IMG/VR virus record: IMGVR_UViG_3300048086_000018
Coordinates: 1-32,619 of that record
DNA from: a virus
Lineage: Duplodnaviria > Caudoviricetes
Strand: one strand, 5' to 3'
Length of the DNA: 32,619 bases
Part shown: piece after piece, positions 1 through 8,349 of the stretch
Numbering within the stretch: the stretch's first letter is position 1
How the letters are laid out: the number at the start of each line of letters is the position of its first letter
Translations under genes and position numbers: made by a program
The notes under the pieces: generated by a model
The model's input: only the letters and a program-made list of their open reading frames with translations
The model's database searches: none
What the model was told of the DNA's origin: nothing

Positions 1-22
1 CAGCCGCGATGTTTGCCTTCAG

Positions 23-451
23 GTGTCATTGCTGTCGCTGATCTCGCCTGAGCTGCTCAAGCCGGCTGGGAGCGATCGGTACAAGTGCCGTTGCTTTTTC
101 CACGCCGAGGATACCCCCAGCATGGTGGTGAACAAGCGGGGCGGCGTCTGGCGATTCCACTGTTTTGGCTGCGGCGCCGACGGCAACGTGGTGAGTTTCG
201 TGATGCTGCGCGAGAGATGCGACTTCAATGCCGCTATGGCGATACTGAAGGCTGGGGTCGTAAATATGGGTGAGCCGCCGCCGAAACCGAAGCCTCGCTG
301 GCTCGCGGCGTGCGAGGGCCGCGGATGCGGCCGGACGCTTGGAATATTCGCGGTGACCGCACTCGCTTACGTCCACCAGAAGGGGTGGCGACTCGATGGT
401 GATAAAACCTGGTGTGGCTGGTGCCTCGAAAAGGCAAGGAGAATCGCATGA
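23..451 (+). CDS. CHC2-type zinc-finger protein (primase zinc-binding domain without TOPRIM), with a second C-terminal Cys cluster
   Basis: CFFHAEDTPSMVV...FHCFGCGADGNVVSFVM matches the DnaG N-terminal CHC2 motif. C-terminal CEGRGC...WCGWC. Stop overlaps the next ATG. Confidence 0.85.
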   Translation: MSLLSLISPELLKPAGSDRYKCRCFFHAEDTPSMVVNKRGGVWRFHCFGCGADGNVVSFVMLRERCDFNAAMAILKAGVVNMGEPPPKPKPRWLAACEGRGCGRTLGIFAVTALAYVHQKGWRLDGDKTWCGWCLEKARRIA

Positions 452-684
452 ACCTGGACATGGTATTGACGTGTCTGATGGGCCTGGGTTGGGGATTTGC
501 ATTGGGCTGGCACACCTGTTGTTTCGTGCGACGTAGGCGCGTCGTGCGCATCGAACGCGAACTGCATCGCCAGATGCAGGCGGCCCTGGGCCAGCTATTT
601 GGCGCCCGGCAATTTGGCGCCCAGCCATGCGACTGCGAGGCGTGCGTCAAGTTGCGCTCACAGAAGGCAATCGCCTCCAACTAA
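448..684 (+). CDS. Small membrane-anchored hypothetical protein with CDCEAC motif
   Basis: ATG 448 overlaps the upstream TGA, AAGGAGA SD upstream, hydrophobic N-terminus followed by RRRR. Confidence 0.65.
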   Translation: MNLDMVLTCLMGLGWGFALGWHTCCFVRRRRVVRIERELHRQMQAALGQLFGARQFGAQPCDCEACVKLRSQKAIASN

Positions 685-705
685 CGGGGGGGTCTGCCCA
701 GGTAC

Positions 706-735
706 TTGCTTCGTGTTACCATTCGGTGTTACCGT
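706..735 (+). promoter_or_regulatory. Sigma70-type promoter with overlapping GTGTTACC direct repeats
   Basis: TTGCTT(706-711)-18 bp-TACCGT(730-735) with extended TG at 727-728. GTGTTACC at 713-720 and 726-733. ATG 744 lies 8 nt past the -10 with no SD. Confidence 0.55.
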
Positions 736-743
736 GCGCTTAG

Positions 744-1022
744 ATGGCGAATCAGCACACAATCAAGGTTACCGGGAGGCGTGGGCGCAAGACGATCACG
801 CTCAAGCTCAGCGACGACGAGCGAGAGGCGATAGACCGTGGGGCTGCGCTGCTGCAGGAGTCGCGGAGCCAGTGCCTGCGCCAGGGGGGATTGCAGCGGG
901 CGGCCGCGGCTGGGCGGGCGGCGGCGGTTCTGCCTTTTCGGTGCGAGTTTTGCCCGGCACAGTTCTCCAACCTGACTGACGCAATGGACCATGTAGAGAC
1001 GACCCATCCGCAGGAGGAGTGA
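744..1022 (+). CDS. Ribbon-helix-helix (DUF1778/MobC-like) DNA-binding protein fused to a C2H2 zinc finger
   Basis: KTITLKLSDDEREAIDRGAALLQESRSQCLRQ is RHH-like. FRCEFCPAQFSNLTDAMDHVETTH fits C-x2-C-x3-F-x8-H-x4-H. Confidence 0.75.
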   Translation: MANQHTIKVTGRRGRKTITLKLSDDEREAIDRGAALLQESRSQCLRQGGLQRAAAAGRAAAVLPFRCEFCPAQFSNLTDAMDHVETTHPQEE

Positions 1023-1240
1023 ACATGAGGTATCGAATCAGTGTTCCGCCGGAAGCGATGACGCCGGAGTTGGTCAAGCGGGCCTGGGCGGTGACAGATG
1101 GTATGCGTGACGAGTTGTCGATGGCCCTGGCGCACGTCACGAGTGGCCGGCACAAGAAGCGGCTGATCGAGTGCGCCGCGGCCCTGCTGCAGGGCCGGTT
1201 GAATGCTTTGATCAAGGCGAGCGCGGGTGGCGGGAACTGA
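1019..1240 (+). CDS. Hypothetical protein
   Basis: GTGA overlap with the upstream gene, AGGAGG SD (alternative ATG at 1025), coupled to the next gene by TGATG. Confidence 0.6.
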   Translation: MNMRYRISVPPEAMTPELVKRAWAVTDGMRDELSMALAHVTSGRHKKRLIECAAALLQGRLNALIKASAGGGN

Positions 1241-1473
1241 TGAAAACGCCGAAGGAGTTTTTTGCGTCGCTGCCTGAATATCACCCAGAGGAGAGCGACG
1301 AGTGTATTGCGATGCTCGAAGCCCGCGACCGCGAAGTGCGCGCGGCGGCGTTGCGGGAGGCGGTCGAGGTGATGGCGATGGCCAACGATGGCACGCAGAA
1401 CCCATTTGTTGTGCTGATGCGCTTGGCGAACAGCGCGGAGCATGGCGAAATAAATCGACTGGGGGAGCGATGA
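1240..1473 (+). CDS. Hypothetical phage protein (77 aa)
   Basis: TGATG coupling at 1238-1242. Helical ARDREVRAAALREAVE segment typical of small phage proteins. Confidence 0.65.
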   Translation: MKTPKEFFASLPEYHPEESDECIAMLEARDREVRAAALREAVEVMAMANDGTQNPFVVLMRLANSAEHGEINRLGER

Positions 1474-2057
1474 GGCGCGTGCGATGCGGTGGCTGATGAA
1501 CTTGCGACCTACCGCGGCGACCCGGTAGTTGTTGGGATCCTGCGAGCCATCGATACCTACCTGCGTGGCGGCAGGTGACACGCCGCATTTTGGTGGCCTT
1601 GGCCCCATCCCGCCGGGCGAGCCGGCGCCGAAGCCACCCCGCTGACGTTGTTCGTCACGCCGGGTCGGAGCCATCCAATGTCGTGGGTGCTAGGCCCTGC
1701 CTGCTGGCTTGACCAACCCCCGGCTTGGCTTGCTGCCTGCGTGTCGTGCGTGCTCTGGATGGCCTGTGGTCTGGTGAGGTTGGGAACCCCGCCACCGTGG
1801 TCTCGTCCCGTCATCGACGAACGTCCGGCTGTGACCCAACGGGAACCGTTCCGGATCGTACTCGCGGCGTCTTTTTTTAAAGGAAGGTGCCGCCTCCCCA
1901 CCCAACCGCTCGGCCGCTACGCCCCTCGCTAATACACCCGGGCGATGCGTTAAATCAATACGCAGCGCATCATAATCGTTATGACTTTTTTGCGTAGTGG
2001 TATGACACCAATGTCGCTTGTCTGTCGCGCGTTCGTTGTGCTGTGATTCTTTGGGTC

Positions 2058-2324
2058 ATGAGCTATCGGTATCGTCACAGCAGGGACATGGACTCCGGTC
2101 ACGTCAACTATGTCACCAAGGCACGGTCGTTGACTGATGCTGAGATAGAGAAGCTATTCCCGGGAGTGCTCGTTCGCGCGCACAAGAGATTCGTGAAGGC
2201 GTCCGCCGCGGTGTCGCCTCGCTCGCAGGTGCGGTTCGGGCCACCTGCGACAAATGTCACAAGTCACGTCGCGTCAGCGAATGGTTTTTACCGAACCGGT
2301 GAAGCTCGCCGGCCGACCCGGTAG
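2058..2324 (+). CDS. Possible hypothetical protein (could instead be non-coding structured DNA)
   Basis: ORF with ATG 2058 and no SD. Atypical codon use; contains two hairpins and a motif site. Confidence 0.3.
   Translation: MSYRYRHSRDMDSGHVNYVTKARSLTDAEIEKLFPGVLVRAHKRFVKASAAVSPRSQVRFGPPATNVTSHVASANGFYRTGEARRPTR
2246..2261. promoter_or_regulatory. Dispersed pseudo-palindromic site, copy 1 (TGCGACAAATGTCACA)
   Basis: Shares GACAAATGTCACA exactly with the copies at 16205 and 25544. Confidence 0.6.
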
Positions 2325-2486
2325 CCAGGTCCAGCCCGCACCCACATCATCGTCGGTCTGCTCGTCGCGGAGTGCGCCGGCCAGCAGGGCCGCTGCCTCG
2401 TACGTCAGCAACTCGGAGGCGCCTGGCCACTGCTCGCGGCGCCCGTCGTCGTGGCAGTGGTAGACGGTCCAGGTGCGCGCGGCCAC
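2274..2486 (-). CDS. Hypothetical protein, probably leaderless
   Basis: Protein-like composition. Minus-strand TAGTCT -10-like hexamer (2498-2493) sits 6 nt before the GTG. Confidence 0.5.
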   Translation of the reverse strand: MAARTWTVYHCHDDGRREQWPGASELLTYEAAALLAGALRDEQTDDDVGAGWTWLPGRPASFTGSVKTIR

Positions 2487-2635
2487 GGCGGCAGACTATC
2501 CGACTCGCGCGACCGGGGGTGACCCCAAAAACACGGGGTGGGGTGTAAATCCGGGGCTTCCCCCACGCCCAAAATCAACGCACCGATAAAACTGGACGCA
2601 ACTTTCGTGTTAAGGTTGCGGGGTGCTGACGTGCT

Positions 2636-2818
2636 ATGGATGCACAAAAAGTGCTGACGCCGGTCAGGAGTGGGTGGCGGTGCTCGCACTGCGGGCGGCG
2701 GTTCGCGTTTTACGTGACCGGGCGGAGGCATGAGGCGAAGTCTGTTCGGTGCGGCTTGCCTAAGGGCGGGGTCGGATTTATCGTGGGGTCATGCGAAACA
2801 AACACGCTGAAGCGGTGA
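2636..2818 (+). CDS. Small C2HC-type zinc-finger protein
   Basis: WRCSHCGRRFAFYVTGRRHEAKSVRC. Upstream TG-T-TAAGGT extended -10 at 2608-2616. Confidence 0.5.
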   Translation: MDAQKVLTPVRSGWRCSHCGRRFAFYVTGRRHEAKSVRCGLPKGGVGFIVGSCETNTLKR

Positions 2819-3042
2819 GTCAGGCGCCGGTTGAAGAGATTCCGTGGGCGCCGGAGCCGAGTTTTCCGCCGGTGGTGTCGAACCACGTGCGCGATGCGCT
2901 GGCGGCGAATGAGCCGATGGCGATGTTGACGGCGCTGGCGGTGACCCATGGTGTGCCGGCGGTGGCGGAGATCGTCAAGCGGTACGCCGATGACCCGAAC
3001 TATGGCGCGAACGCGCGGGCCTGGTTGGCGATCGGTTCGTGA
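2791..3042 (+). CDS. Hypothetical protein
   Basis: GC3-rich codon use; GTGA coupling to the next gene. Confidence 0.6.
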   Translation: MRNKHAEAVSQAPVEEIPWAPEPSFPPVVSNHVRDALAANEPMAMLTALAVTHGVPAVAEIVKRYADDPNYGANARAWLAIGS

Positions 3043-3236
3043 CGTCAGCGCGTTGCCAGCGGTGCGGATACCCGCGCGAGCTGGTCGAGATGCTCTACTG
3101 TTTCTGGTGCCGGGCGTCGTTCTGTCGCGGGAACTGCCATGCGGAGCATGTTGCCCACGGGTGGGTTGCACCGCGGGCAGGCGGGCAGACGGACCCTGCT
3201 GACGGCGCCGAGGCACGTCCAGTCGTCAACGAGTAG
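3039..3236 (+). CDS. Treble-clef-like (HIT/AN1/B-box-like) zinc-finger protein
   Basis: CQRC-x11-CFWC-x4-C-x3-C-x3-H ligand pattern; GTGA overlap with the upstream gene. Confidence 0.6.
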   Translation: MTSARCQRCGYPRELVEMLYCFWCRASFCRGNCHAEHVAHGWVAPRAGGQTDPADGAEARPVVNE

Positions 3237-3301
3237 GTGGTGGTGGCTGCGGTGGTCCATGTCGTCACACCTGGATTCTTGCACAGATTGAGCGGATAGA
3301 C

Positions 3302-3331
3302 TTGACTTTTGTGTCCCCGGGACGGCAAAGT
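3302..3331 (+). promoter_or_regulatory. Sigma70-type promoter upstream of the packaging operon
   Basis: TTGACT(3302-3307)-18 bp-CAAAGT(3326-3331) in an AT-richer intergenic stretch. Confidence 0.45.
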
Positions 3332-3338
3332 TACGTCT

Positions 3339-3434
3339 ATGGGTGTCTATTCCGCGAGACGCGCCGCTGTTCCGGTAGACACGAAACATGATTCGAGAGC
3401 CGACGTTGTCGAGTCGGCGGTGGCCAGTAAATGA
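3339..3434 (+). CDS. 31-aa leaderless small ORF (not in the ORF track)
   Basis: MGVYSARRAAVPVDTKHDSRADVVESAVASK. ATG 7 nt after the -10; stop overlaps the ATG of 3431 (ATGA). Confidence 0.4.
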   Translation: MGVYSARRAAVPVDTKHDSRADVVESAVASK

Positions 3435-3757
3435 GCGTCCTGCTGGAATCACCGAACCGGCGGCTCTACACGCCGGCGGATGTGTTCGGGGGGCGCTTTC
3501 GCCACCCCTGTCACGGTGGGTGCGGGAATGTGATGGTGGTGCCCGATCCTGAGACCGAGGGGGCGCCCGACGTTTTGCGGGAGGGTCAGATCTGGGGATG
3601 CCGGCAGTGCTTCGCCGCCCACGAGTACTACATGGTCTACATCCCAGGCGTCCGGATGGCGTGCGTTCGGCTGTTTCGGGGACCGATGCAAAGAGAGAGC
3701 TTCGAGCCGAAGGCGGCCGAGTTCGCCGCCACCGCCGCGGGACTGGAGTCGGTCTGA
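3431..3757 (+). CDS. Zinc-ribbon hypothetical protein
   Basis: CHGGC...CRQC pair; coupled on both sides. Confidence 0.65.
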   Translation: MSVLLESPNRRLYTPADVFGGRFRHPCHGGCGNVMVVPDPETEGAPDVLREGQIWGCRQCFAAHEYYMVYIPGVRMACVRLFRGPMQRESFEPKAAEFAATAAGLESV

Positions 3758-4140
3758 TGGCGATCTCGGAGTATGGGTTTCGGCCGCCGTTTTACACCTG
3801 TCCCGTGTGCAAGGAGAAGATCCCGTCGGAGATCTACACCCGCCACCGGGATAACGCCCACAATGCGACCCGTGGTGGCAACGGCCGCGGATACCACATT
3901 CGCCCAGCCGACGCGGAAGACGCGATGACCACGAGCGAAGTGGCAAAGGTGCTCGGCATCTCGGCGGCCACTGTCCTCTACAAGGTCAACACCGGGAAGC
4001 TGAAGGCGCTCTCCCGGCCGCCAGGGCGCGGCCATCCCATCTGGATCACAAGCTCGGCCCTCAAGCGGTACATCAACCAGCAGTCGCAGAAGACCGACGT
4101 CGCGGTGAAGTGGGCCGCCACCGGGGTGCTCGATGGCTAA
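3757..4140 (+). CDS. C2H2-like zinc finger plus MerR/excisionase-type helix-turn-helix protein
   Basis: ATG 3757 coupled by TGATG. YTCPVCKEKIPSEIYTRHRDNAH, then MTTSEVAKVLGISAATVLYKVNTGKLKA...IWITSSALKRYI. Confidence 0.75.
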   Translation: MAISEYGFRPPFYTCPVCKEKIPSEIYTRHRDNAHNATRGGNGRGYHIRPADAEDAMTTSEVAKVLGISAATVLYKVNTGKLKALSRPPGRGHPIWITSSALKRYINQQSQKTDVAVKWAATGVLDG

Positions 4141-4513
4141 GTCGTCCTCGCAGCTCATCGAGGAAGGCCGCGCCGCCATCGCCGGCGCGATGACCAAGGT
4201 CGGTCGCTTGATGAACTCTGCCCTGGAGGATGTCACCGACGAGGAAGTAAAGGCCGATATCAGGCTGACCCAGAAGGATGCGCCGATGTACCTTCACATC
4301 ATGAAGGCGGCCTACGTCGCCCAGGTGCGCATCGACGCCACCGCCGCCCCCACCGTCAGCCAAAGCCTGAACGTGACCATCGTCCAGCGAGCCGACAGCA
4401 ACGGCGCCTGGCTCAAGATGGCCGAGCCGCACCGGCAGATCGCCGTCCGCGGCGAAAAGCCACCGGCGCTGGCGATCGACGTGCCGGTGGTCGTCGAGGC
4501 AAAGAAGAAGTGA
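4133..4513 (+). CDS. Probable terminase small subunit
   Basis: Position directly upstream of and overlapping TerL; helical core plus SQSLNVTIV beta-type tail. Positional inference only. Confidence 0.5.
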   Translation: MAKSSSQLIEEGRAAIAGAMTKVGRLMNSALEDVTDEEVKADIRLTQKDAPMYLHIMKAAYVAQVRIDATAAPTVSQSLNVTIVQRADSNGAWLKMAEPHRQIAVRGEKPPALAIDVPVVVEAKKK

Positions 4514-6009
4514 ACGATCTCTCCGTCATCTGGACTCCCACCCCAAAGCAGGCGGTGTTTCTGGCGTGCCCGGTCTATGAGGCCATGTATGGCGGCGCCA
4601 AGGGTGGTGGCAAGACCGACGCGCTTCTGTTCGATCACGTGCCCCAGCATCACCAGGTGCACGATCACTGGGAAAAAACGGGCCTCAAGTCGCGGGGGAT
4701 GGCCCTCATCCTGCGCAAGGCATTCGGGCGCCTCAAGGACTTCATCAACCGCGCCCACACCTACTTCCCCGTGCTCAGCGCGGGGGCGATGAAGTGGAAA
4801 GAGTCCGAACACACCTGGTTTTGCGCCTGCGGATACCGCGTCTGGTTCGGGCACTGCGAGGGCCCGCGTGATCACGAGCTCTACCAGGGCCAGGAGATCA
4901 GCCGCTTCGCCCTTGATCAAGCCGAGGAGCTTCCATTCTATCAGTACAGCTACGTCAAACTGCAGGTGCGCGCCTCTCAGCCGATGCTGCGCGACACCCT
5001 CGCGGTGCGCGTCTCGGCGAATCCCCTCGGGCAGTATGCAGACTGGGTGAAGAAACGTTTCGTCACGCCGGCGCCGAATGGCTTCGAGATCATCTCTGAA
5101 ACGATCGACATCGAGCGCGACGGCGTGATCGTGCCGGTGGTGCGCGATCGGGTGTTCATCCCGGCCGGCCTGCGCGACAACCCGCATCTGCCCGCCGACT
5201 ACGAGGCCGAACTGATGGAGGCGCCCGAACACCTGCGCCGCGCCTTTCTTTTCGGCGACTGGGACGTCACGCCCGGAAGCTTCTTTGGCGACGTCTTCGA
5301 TCCGAACATTCACGTCATCGACGACCTGGGTCCGACCGAGATCCGCATCCCGAGCAACTGGCAGATCTTCCGCTGCGCCGACTGGGGCAGCAGGAACCCG
5401 GCCGCGTGTTACTGGGTGGCCATAGACAACGACGGCTTGCTCATTGTCCTCGACGAATTCTATGGACCCGGCGAAGAGCCGATTTCGTGGGGGAAGAAGC
5501 TGCTAGCCATCGAGGAGCGCTGGGGATGGGTGGACAAGAAGCCACCCTACTACTCGAAGCTGCAGGGCTACCTCGATCCGGCGTGCTTCAAGGACGACGT
5601 CAGCGGCGGCCCCAAGATCGCCGATCGCCTGTTCGAGATCGGCATGAACTGGTACTCCGGCGACAACCAGCGCAAGCCCGGATGGGTCGAGGTCCGCCGC
5701 CGGCTGATCGAGCGCGGAGGAATCAGCGGAAAAGTGCCCGGCCTGCGCATCTGCCGCCGCTGCACAAACCTCATCCGCACCTTGCCCAACCTGACGGCCC
5801 CCGACAAGGAGACCGGCGGCGATCAGGACGACATCGACACCAAGCAGGAAGATCACGCCGCGGACGCCCTTCGCTACGGACTGATGTCGCGGCCCATGCC
5901 CCGGTACCAGAAAGATGTCGAGGAAGACGATCTCAAACGCTGGGAACGTATCATGATGACCCAGGCCACCCGCGGCGAAAGCGCCCGCAACCGAACGACG
6001 GGATATTAA
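4510..6009 (+). CDS. terL: Terminase large subunit
   Basis: PTPKQ Q-motif, Walker A YGGAKGGGKT, Walker B FALDQAEE, motif III SANP, nuclease motifs ADWG and EDHAADALRYG. Confidence 0.95.
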   Translation: MNDLSVIWTPTPKQAVFLACPVYEAMYGGAKGGGKTDALLFDHVPQHHQVHDHWEKTGLKSRGMALILRKAFGRLKDFINRAHTYFPVLSAGAMKWKESEHTWFCACGYRVWFGHCEGPRDHELYQGQEISRFALDQAEELPFYQYSYVKLQVRASQPMLRDTLAVRVSANPLGQYADWVKKRFVTPAPNGFEIISETIDIERDGVIVPVVRDRVFIPAGLRDNPHLPADYEAELMEAPEHLRRAFLFGDWDVTPGSFFGDVFDPNIHVIDDLGPTEIRIPSNWQIFRCADWGSRNPAACYWVAIDNDGLLIVLDEFYGPGEEPISWGKKLLAIEERWGWVDKKPPYYSKLQGYLDPACFKDDVSGGPKIADRLFEIGMNWYSGDNQRKPGWVEVRRRLIERGGISGKVPGLRICRRCTNLIRTLPNLTAPDKETGGDQDDIDTKQEDHAADALRYGLMSRPMPRYQKDVEEDDLKRWERIMMTQATRGESARNRTTGY

Positions 6010-6012
6010 ATC

Positions 6013-8349
6013 TTGGAATCAACACGACTGTCAGGGATTCTTGCCGAAGGCAGCAACGACGACACGCCACCAGAGCCGTCCGACGACATGATAGACGTCT
6101 CGCTGGAGCCAGAAACACCAGCGTCGCCGCAAGACACAAGCCGGCCGAAAGAGTCGGTTAACCTGCTAGATGTCCTCAGTGACGGCGAAGTCGCGCGGAT
6201 GCAGATCAGAGCGATGGAGGACTACGAGGCCGCGGTTGAATCGCGCCAGGAGCACATGCGCGATCTGCGCCGCTGGTACGAACTTTACGCGAGCGTGACG
6301 AAGGCAAAGTCGTGGCCGTTTCAGGGCGCCGCGAACGTCAATGAGCCACTGTTGACTTATTCAGTGTTGCAGGTTCATGGGCGACTCTTTGACATGATTC
6401 TCCCCAGCAAGGGAAATCTCTTCAACTCGCTGCCGACGCGCGCCGGTGACGCGCAGGAGATCGACCGGGCAGAGCGCACAGAGCTCTTCCTGAACTGGTA
6501 CCTGCGTGACAAGGTGCCAGAGTTGCGCATGAGTTACGATGCCACTCTGTGGCAACTCATCATTTTTGGATCGACTTTCCGCCGTGCATATTGGGACGAA
6601 GGGCAGCGGCGCATCTGTCCCGAGTGGATCGGTGTCGATGACATGGTCGTGCCGTTCTCGTGCAAGGTGGTCGACCCGAACATGCGCGGCGTGCCGCACT
6701 ATACGTTGCGCCTGCACATGAGCGTCTTCGACATCGAGGACAAGATTGATGACGGCTACTACATCGAGAGCGCCCGCAGCAAGATCAAGGCTGGCAATGC
6801 CGTCAAGAGTGGGCAGAGCGAGTTTCGAGAGGCGGTCGCGCGCGTGGACGGCGTCCAGGAGTCGCCACCATTGTCGCTGTCGGACGACGAAGAGCGAATA
6901 GTGCTTGAGCAGTACCGAAAGGTGCGCTTGCCGAAAGAGCCGAATCGCCACCCGTCTTTTGACGGCAAGGCACACCCGGTAGTGATCACCATCGACGAAT
7001 CGACGCGGACGGTCCTGCGCGTGGTCCTGCGCGAGGAAGACGATCCCGCCGACAAGAAGCGCTTCGACGCCGACACCGCGGCGTTTCAGCAAGCCATGCA
7101 GGCTCACGAGGCGCACGCGCAGTCGGGCGGCGTGACCGTCGATCCGCAGACCGGCGCCCTGGTTCCCCTGCCCGCGCCGCCCCCGCCCCCGGCCGAGCCC
7201 AAGTCGGTCCGCCAGCGCGAGATCTGCATGTTCACGCACTACCAGTGCTTTCAGGGCGAGGGCTTTTACGGGCTCGGTTTCGGGAACTTCATCGGCCCGC
7301 TGAACGAGGCGCAAAACACGCTCATCAATCAGCAGATCGATCGCAGCACCGTCAACAACGCGGGTGGCGGCATCGTGTCGCGGCAGATCCGCTTCCAGCG
7401 CGGTCCCATCGATCGCCAACCCGGCCAGTACACCGAGGTGGACGCCCCGCCGGGGGCGATGAAGGACGGGATCCAGAACTGGCCCATGGTGCCCGCCGAT
7501 CCGGACGGCCGATACTTCCTGCAGCACATCTCCGAAATGTCGGGGCGCATCTCTGGCGCCGGCGACACGCTGTCTGGCGAGCCGGTGGGCAGCAATGAAA
7601 CCGCCCGGGCGGCGATGGCCCGCTTCGAACAGGCGCAAAAACAGATCAGCGTGCTGGCGTCGCGGGTGATCGGCTACCTCACCTGTGACATCCGCATCAT
7701 CTGGCGGCTGTTCAGCGTGTTTCTCGACGAGCAGGAATACCACGACGCCGTCGACGCCATGGGCAAGCCTCGCCCGGTGCAGATCGGCCGCGCCGACTTC
7801 ATCGCCGACGCCCGCGTCCAGCCCACCGCCGACGCCCGCCTGACCAGCCGGGCACAGCGCATCGGGGAAGCGCAGGACTTCTTCCAATTCGTGATGACCA
7901 CACCGGCCCTACAGGGCAACCCGCAGGTCATGCGCCAGGCCATCGAAAAGGTGCTGTACGCGATGGATCAGCACGAGGTGATCGACATGCTCGATCCGGT
8001 GCCGCCACCGCCCCCGCCGCCCATCCCGCAGTGGCAGGAAAACGCCGGGTTCCTGCGCGAGCAAGATCAGCACGTCAACCCGAAGGACGACGACGACGCG
8101 CACCTGCTCGACATGCAGGCGTTTGATCAAGACCCGCTCGGCGCGGCCATGCTGTCGCCCACCGCGCAGAAGATGTACGAAAATCACCGACGATTTCACT
8201 ACGCCGCGAAGTTAGAAAAGGAGCACCAAGCCCATGTCGCCCAACAGCAGCAACAACCACTCACACTTCTTGGACCTGCCGGAGGAATCCCTCCAGGATT
8301 GGCGCCTCCAGCCGCAAACGGATCTCCTGGTGGCGTCCCTGTCCAATGA
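6013..8349 (+). CDS. Portal protein (P22-like size, Pro/Gln-rich C-terminal tail)
   Basis: 778 aa directly after TerL; WPFQGAANV and EGFYGLGFG..LNEAQNTLINQQID motifs typical of podovirus portals. Confidence 0.9.
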   Translation: MESTRLSGILAEGSNDDTPPEPSDDMIDVSLEPETPASPQDTSRPKESVNLLDVLSDGEVARMQIRAMEDYEAAVESRQEHMRDLRRWYELYASVTKAKSWPFQGAANVNEPLLTYSVLQVHGRLFDMILPSKGNLFNSLPTRAGDAQEIDRAERTELFLNWYLRDKVPELRMSYDATLWQLIIFGSTFRRAYWDEGQRRICPEWIGVDDMVVPFSCKVVDPNMRGVPHYTLRLHMSVFDIEDKIDDGYYIESARSKIKAGNAVKSGQSEFREAVARVDGVQESPPLSLSDDEERIVLEQYRKVRLPKEPNRHPSFDGKAHPVVITIDESTRTVLRVVLREEDDPADKKRFDADTAAFQQAMQAHEAHAQSGGVTVDPQTGALVPLPAPPPPPAEPKSVRQREICMFTHYQCFQGEGFYGLGFGNFIGPLNEAQNTLINQQIDRSTVNNAGGGIVSRQIRFQRGPIDRQPGQYTEVDAPPGAMKDGIQNWPMVPADPDGRYFLQHISEMSGRISGAGDTLSGEPVGSNETARAAMARFEQAQKQISVLASRVIGYLTCDIRIIWRLFSVFLDEQEYHDAVDAMGKPRPVQIGRADFIADARVQPTADARLTSRAQRIGEAQDFFQFVMTTPALQGNPQVMRQAIEKVLYAMDQHEVIDMLDPVPPPPPPPIPQWQENAGFLREQDQHVNPKDDDDAHLLDMQAFDQDPLGAAMLSPTAQKMYENHRRFHYAAKLEKEHQAHVAQQQQQPLTLLGPAGGIPPGLAPPAANGSPGGVPVQ

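Noticed and set aside
1471-1578. In-frame continuation after TGA 1471-1473 (GACDAVADELATYRGDPVVVGILRAIDTYLRGGR), suggesting readthrough or recoding
   Set aside because: TGA is used as a normal coupled stop throughout the window. A separate 29-aa ORF from GTG 1489, or chance, explains it equally well.
1960-1992. dif/Xer-like look of CATAA...TTATG
   Set aside because: The central spacer is 3 bp rather than 6 and the XerD arm does not match.
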